Origin: Clostridiales bacterium
Lineage (GTDB): Bacteria; Bacillota; Clostridia; Lachnospirales; Lachnospiraceae
NCBI GenBank assembly: GCA_018366495.1
Contig: JAGZHZ010000003.1
Span: forward strand, 32,611-96,610
DNA length: 64,000 nt
Reading direction: 5' to 3'
Shown: positions 60,184 through 64,000 of the stretch, in pieces
How positions within the stretch are numbered: position 1 is the stretch's first letter
How the letters are laid out: the number at the start of each line of letters is the position of its first letter
Made by a program: the position numbers and the translations under genes
The notes under the pieces: generated by a model
Database searches by the model: none
What the model was told of the DNA's origin: nothing
What the model saw: the letters and a program-made list of their open reading frames with translations, nothing else

Positions 60184-61482
60184 CTATTCTTCTGGATTAT
60201 AGACACGGATAATGCTGGAAATCTCCTTGATTATTGACATTCCCTCCAGAATCGTCACAGAATCTCGAATATTCTTTTCGCGCACTTCATCTGTAATCAC
60301 CACTAATTCTGCGCAGTCTTTTACTGCTTTTTTCTGCACAATCTGTGCAATGCTGACCTGATTATTTCCAAACACTGCCGCTATATTTGCAAGAACGCCA
60401 GGACGATTAAGCACCTGTATTCTCAGAAAATAGCTGTTGCAGATCTCTTCCATCTTTTTGATCGGAATATTTTTATAACAGGTACATCCGATTCTTCCAT
60501 TGCAGGAATGGAGAATATTGCGTGCTACGTCGATCACATCTCCGGCAACTGCACTGCCCGTAGGCAGCTCACCGGCTCCTCTTCCATAAAACATCGTATC
60601 TCCCACAGCGTCTCCGTGCACAAACACAGCATTAAAAGAATCTCTCACAGAAGCAAGTGCATGATTGCTTGGTATCAGCATTGGATGCACCCGGACTTCA
60701 ATTCCGTCCGGCGTGTTTTTCGCTACTCCAAGCAGTTTGATGTCGCATCCCATCTCTTTTGCATATCGGATATCATCTGCTGAAATCTTTGTGATGCCCT
60801 CTGTATACACATCTTGAAACGTAACTCTCGTATTGAAAGCGCTTGATGCCATGATCGCCATTTTTCTTCCGGCATCAAGTCCCTCAATGTCCGCCGTCGG
60901 ATCTGCCTCAGCATATCCTAAATCCTGCGCCATTTTCAGAGCATCTGCGAAGTCCATCCCATTTTCTGTCATCTTTGTCAGGATAAAATTGGTTGTTCCA
61001 TTTACAATTCCCATCACTTCTGTCAGATTATTTCCCGCAAGGCACTGCTTTAAAGGACGAATAATCGGAATTCCTCCGGCAACTGCAGCCTCAAACAAAA
61101 AGTCTCTTCCATATTTCTGAGCCGTTTCAAACAGCTCTTTTCCATCCTCTGCAATCAAATCTTTATTTGCCGAAACCACATGTTTCCCATGACGGAAAGC
61201 TTCTAGAATATACGTTCTCGCCGGTTCCAGTCCGCCCATCACTTCAATTACGATCTGGATCTGCGGATCATCCATAATTTCCTGAAAAGAATCCGTCAAT
61301 AATTCTCCTGGAATTCCCTTTCGTTCTTTTTTAATATCCCTGACCAAAATTTTGACAATTTCAAGCTGGGCCCCAATCTTATTGATCATCTCATCTTTCT
61401 GTCCTGACAGTATCTTATAGACTCCTGTTCCAACTGTTCCGACGCCGAGCAGAGCTATTTTTATCTTTTTTGGAATTTCCAT
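60184..61482 (-). CDS. hom: Homoserine dehydrogenase with C-terminal ACT domain
   Basis: GVGTVGTGV NAD motif and Hom family. The ORF-track first codon is GTG. ATG at 61480..61482 with AAAGGAA RBS. Confidence 0.85.
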   Translation of the reverse strand: MEIPKKIKIALLGVGTVGTGVYKILSGQKDEMINKIGAQLEIVKILVRDIKKERKGIPGELLTDSFQEIMDDPQIQIVIEVMGGLEPARTYILEAFRHGKHVVSANKDLIAEDGKELFETAQKYGRDFLFEAAVAGGIPIIRPLKQCLAGNNLTEVMGIVNGTTNFILTKMTENGMDFADALKMAQDLGYAEADPTADIEGLDAGRKMAIMASSAFNTRVTFQDVYTEGITKISADDIRYAKEMGCDIKLLGVAKNTPDGIEVRVHPMLIPSNHALASVRDSFNAVFVHGDAVGDTMFYGRGAGELPTGSAVAGDVIDVARNILHSCNGRIGCTCYKNIPIKKMEEICNSYFLRIQVLNRPGVLANIAAVFGNNQVSIAQIVQKKAVKDCAELVVITDEVREKNIRDSVTILEGMSIIKEISSIIRVYNPEE

Positions 61483-61575
61483 CTTCACTCGTTCCTTTCT
61501 GTAAAAGAATCTTTTTTTTAAAAAAGAATCGTTACAGTCCTGTCAAAGATTATAACGACTCTTTTCTCTTACTTT

Positions 61576-62643
61576 TTATTTTTCAAACCGTTTTGCTAAT
61601 AAAGGCAGCTGCTCTTTCTTCAAAAACAGGTTGCATCCCAGCGGATTCAGAACAATTCCGACGCCGTTTCCGATAAATCCTGACAGCTTGTCAAATGTCA
61701 GAATCACAGCGCTAAACTTCTTTTCTCTGTTATATTTTGCAAACTCCATCAGATCTGTGAATACAGGTAAAATCATACTGTCATCTCGGCCTTTTAAATA
61801 TGGAATCTGAATATTTTTCTGATCGTTTCCTGCTTCCGGATCTACTTTAATAAATGGAACAAGAAATCTTCCTGCTACCAGGTTTTTACTCATTTCTTCT
61901 TCCAGCTGAGGAAGACTTTCTTTCTGGCGTTTGTCTTCTGCTTTTCTTGCTTCCTGCAGGAAATACATACTTGTCAGCTGAAGAGCTGAGTTTTCCACTG
62001 CCGCTGCTTTATTTTCCATCTCCGCAAAGTTTGGTTTTTTACAGATACGGGTCAGTTTAAACATCATGCCTTCTGTTCCATAGTCAAACAGTACATTATC
62101 GATTCCCATATAAAACAGGCTTGTAAAGAATTGTAAAAACTTTTCATTTTCAACTTTTACGCCTCTTAACTCAATGTTGTTTTCTTTCTGTTTTTCCATT
62201 ACCTGTCTTAATTTTTCTTCTGATGTAAAGATCCATGTCATATCATCAAATGTATTTGGATCGCAGAATGCAAATGGAGAATTTGTATATTTTGAGTACG
62301 CAACATAAAATGCTTCCAGTTTTTTCATGCGTTCAATGGAAAGAGTGTAAAAGAAATTTGCCTTTCCCAGTAATACTTTCGCCACGTTCTCCTGTGATTT
62401 GATTTTTGCCTCATTAAAATCTGTGATATGCAGATTTTCTTCTTTCTCTTCCTGTTCGCTTTTTTCCTGCTTTGGCTGCTCTTCTTTCAATTTTGCTATA
62501 TTTTCTGTCACTTTTTTATGATGCATAGCTGCCAGACGAAACAGGGCATATGCGTCCTCCATAGACAGCTGATCAAAAGCTTCCTTATCCGGTTTGCTGT
62601 TCAGCAATAACTGATTCAGTTCTTGTAATCGTTCTTTTTTCAT
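61576..62643 (-). CDS. SseB-family protein (putative)
   Basis: 355-aa cytoplasmic protein. The C-terminal GIVLNPLG region resembles SseB-family proteins. Weak assignment. Confidence 0.35.
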   Translation of the reverse strand: MKKERLQELNQLLLNSKPDKEAFDQLSMEDAYALFRLAAMHHKKVTENIAKLKEEQPKQEKSEQEEKEENLHITDFNEAKIKSQENVAKVLLGKANFFYTLSIERMKKLEAFYVAYSKYTNSPFAFCDPNTFDDMTWIFTSEEKLRQVMEKQKENNIELRGVKVENEKFLQFFTSLFYMGIDNVLFDYGTEGMMFKLTRICKKPNFAEMENKAAAVENSALQLTSMYFLQEARKAEDKRQKESLPQLEEEMSKNLVAGRFLVPFIKVDPEAGNDQKNIQIPYLKGRDDSMILPVFTDLMEFAKYNREKKFSAVILTFDKLSGFIGNGVGIVLNPLGCNLFLKKEQLPLLAKRFEK

Positions 62644-62944
62644 AATTCCTCGTTCACTTTCTTAAAATTTTTGTGCTCTTTTTTCACATAGTTTCAAAAA
62701 CGACTGCACACGAAATTTTCCGATCCTGCATCGCTTTGTCTCCTTTGCAAAATCGATTCTTTTTTTTTCGATGCTTCCATTATATCATAGTGTTTTTAAT
62801 TTCTCCACCCCTCAATTTATTTTTCTGATAAAAATCTTTTCTTTTTTTATCTTTTTCTCGTTTATTTCTCTTAGAAATATAAAAAAATATTCTTCTCTTC
62901 TCTGCTTTTTGCCCTCTTCATTTCCATAAAATATCTTTTTTTTA

Positions 62945-63499
62945 TCATAAAATTCCCAAATGTTCCAAAAGAATTTTCAAGCCGATTACAATCAAAATCA
63001 CGCCTCCCATAATCTCAGCGCGTGCTTTATAACGAGTTCCAAATACATTTCCGATCCAGATTCCTACTGCTGAAAACAGAAATGTAACACAGCCGATCAT
63101 ACAGACAGCCGGCACAATTTCTACCTGTAAAAAAGCAAAAGTCACACCGACTGCAAGCGCATCAATGCTTGTGGCAACTGCAAGTGGAATCATCTCTTTC
63201 ATTCCAAAAGAACTGTTTACATTTTCTCCTCCTTTCGATTCACGAATCATCTGAAATCCTATGAGACTTAACAAGATAAATGCGATCCAATGATCAATAC
63301 TGGAAATAATTTTCTGAAAACTCACTCCCAAAACATATCCCAAAAGCGGCATTAGTGCCTGAAATCCTCCAAAATAAATCCCAGCTGTCCCAGCTTCTTT
63401 GACCGTTGCTTTTTTTACAGACAGACCTTTGCAGATAGAAACGGCAAACGCATCCATTGACAATCCCACCGCAAGTATAAACAGTTCCCATAAATTCAT
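62945..63499 (-). CDS. mntP: Manganese efflux pump MntP
   Basis: [23 protein letters not shown]-terminus and the duplicated DUF204 pattern. 184 aa. Confidence 0.8.
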   Translation of the reverse strand: MNLWELFILAVGLSMDAFAVSICKGLSVKKATVKEAGTAGIYFGGFQALMPLLGYVLGVSFQKIISSIDHWIAFILLSLIGFQMIRESKGGENVNSSFGMKEMIPLAVATSIDALAVGVTFAFLQVEIVPAVCMIGCVTFLFSAVGIWIGNVFGTRYKARAEIMGGVILIVIGLKILLEHLGIL

Positions 63500-63625
63500 A
63501 TTTTTTATCTCCTTTGTCTTTTATTTTTCAAAAATACAGGATGAATCCACTGAAAAAAGTTTAAACTTTTTCTACTATGAGGTGCCGCTTGATCTCCGCC
63601 TTTCTATTTTATATAAATAAAAAAA

Positions 63626-63667
63626 GAGACTCACAGGACAGTATTTTATACCAGTCCTATGAGTCTC
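63626..63667. terminator. Bidirectional intrinsic terminator (aspA-like gene / mntP boundary)
   Basis: 14-bp stem GAGACTCACAGGAC/GTCCTATGAGTCTC flanked by an A7 run and a T-run. Confidence 0.6.
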
Positions 63668-63824
63668 GCTTTTTCAGAACCTGCCAGATTTTCATCATTT
63701 TGTTGACAGATCCACAGTTTTTGCTGCAAGCTACTCCCCCACAGATTTATTTTCGTTGAAACATCTCTACTTTTGATTAATTCTTGTCAAGAATATCATA
63801 CTTCTTTTCAGATGTCAATTTGTT

Positions 63825-64000
63825 TCTGCCTCTTCTATCCTAATTTATCTTGTTTTTTCAAGATCAATTCTTTTCCTGAAATTCCAGGTTCTGTCATCTC
63901 CATCGGATCTAAGATTTCATCCAGCTGTTCGGATGTCAGCAATTTCTTCTCTACAATCAGAGAACGAATTGATTTTCCTGTCTTGATTGCTTCTTTTGCC
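63825..64000 (-). CDS. Aspartate ammonia-lyase/class II fumarase family, C-terminal end (partial, 5' beyond window)
   Basis: Minus-strand translation ...AKEAIKTGKSIRSLIVEKKLLTSEQLDEILDPMEMTEPGISGKELILKKQDKLG* matches the AspA/FumC C-terminal helix. Stop at complement 63825..63827. Confidence 0.5.

Noticed and set aside
61489-62944. S-box/T-box leaders for hom, the homocysteine methyltransferase, ilvE and metA
   Set aside because: No CTCTTATC...AGAGA S-box core and no AATTAGGGTGGTACCGCG T-box sequence in any of the upstream regions.
63500-63610. yybP-ykoY Mn riboswitch upstream of mntP
   Set aside because: The leader is only ~100 nt. It shows a faint AAAGGCGGAG resemblance to the L1 region but lacks the CUUGAC/GACGA blocks and helix architecture. 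Not supportable without a covariance-model scan.

Overview
The window looks like a 64-kb stretch of a low-GC Firmicutes chromosome, probably Clostridia/Lachnospiraceae-like. The genes are compact, have AGGAGG-type ribosome-binding sites (RBSs) and lie almost entirely on the minus strand.

Most of the window is core metabolism and housekeeping:
- A methionine-salvage/nucleoside block: mtaD, a BMP-family nucleoside ABC transporter, mtnA, a Zn-dependent alcohol dehydrogenase and a purine-nucleoside/methylthioadenosine (MTA) phosphorylase.
- An oligopeptide ABC operon with creatininase-family and M42-peptidase genes.
- azlCD and a split lysO.
- metA, cls, ligA, rluB, asnB, efp, an M24 peptidase, aroK, yqeG, a patatin-like gene, alaA, polC, ispG, ilvE, folA, pepV, a homocysteine methyltransferase, hom, mntP and the tail of an aspA-like gene.
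- Two tRNAs, Gly-GCC and Arg-CCG.

Non-core content:
- At the window start, a MotA/TolQ/ExbB-family proton channel carries a roughly 360-aa coiled-coil C-terminal tail and is followed by the N-terminus of a MotB-type partner that runs off the window edge. This is a ZorAB-like (Zorya-type) or otherwise uncharacterised stator-like unit, and it is the most interesting lead.
- A decayed IS200/IS605-family TnpB pseudogene sits in the long intergenic region upstream of a membrane-permease gene. Its putative right-end hairpin motif recurs as three direct copies (24771, 25715, 33991), two of which flank the permease gene.
- A tandem-AAA SpoVK/CbbX-like ATPase sits 27 nt downstream of a translationally coupled 94-aa ORF and a secreted alpha/beta hydrolase.
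- There is an orphan DegT-like aminotransferase next to a GntR regulator, and two PLD-superfamily genes.

I found no CRISPR array, no integrase and no prophage. Several ORF-track first codons are GTG or TTG, and I re-assigned those starts from the sequence where I could.
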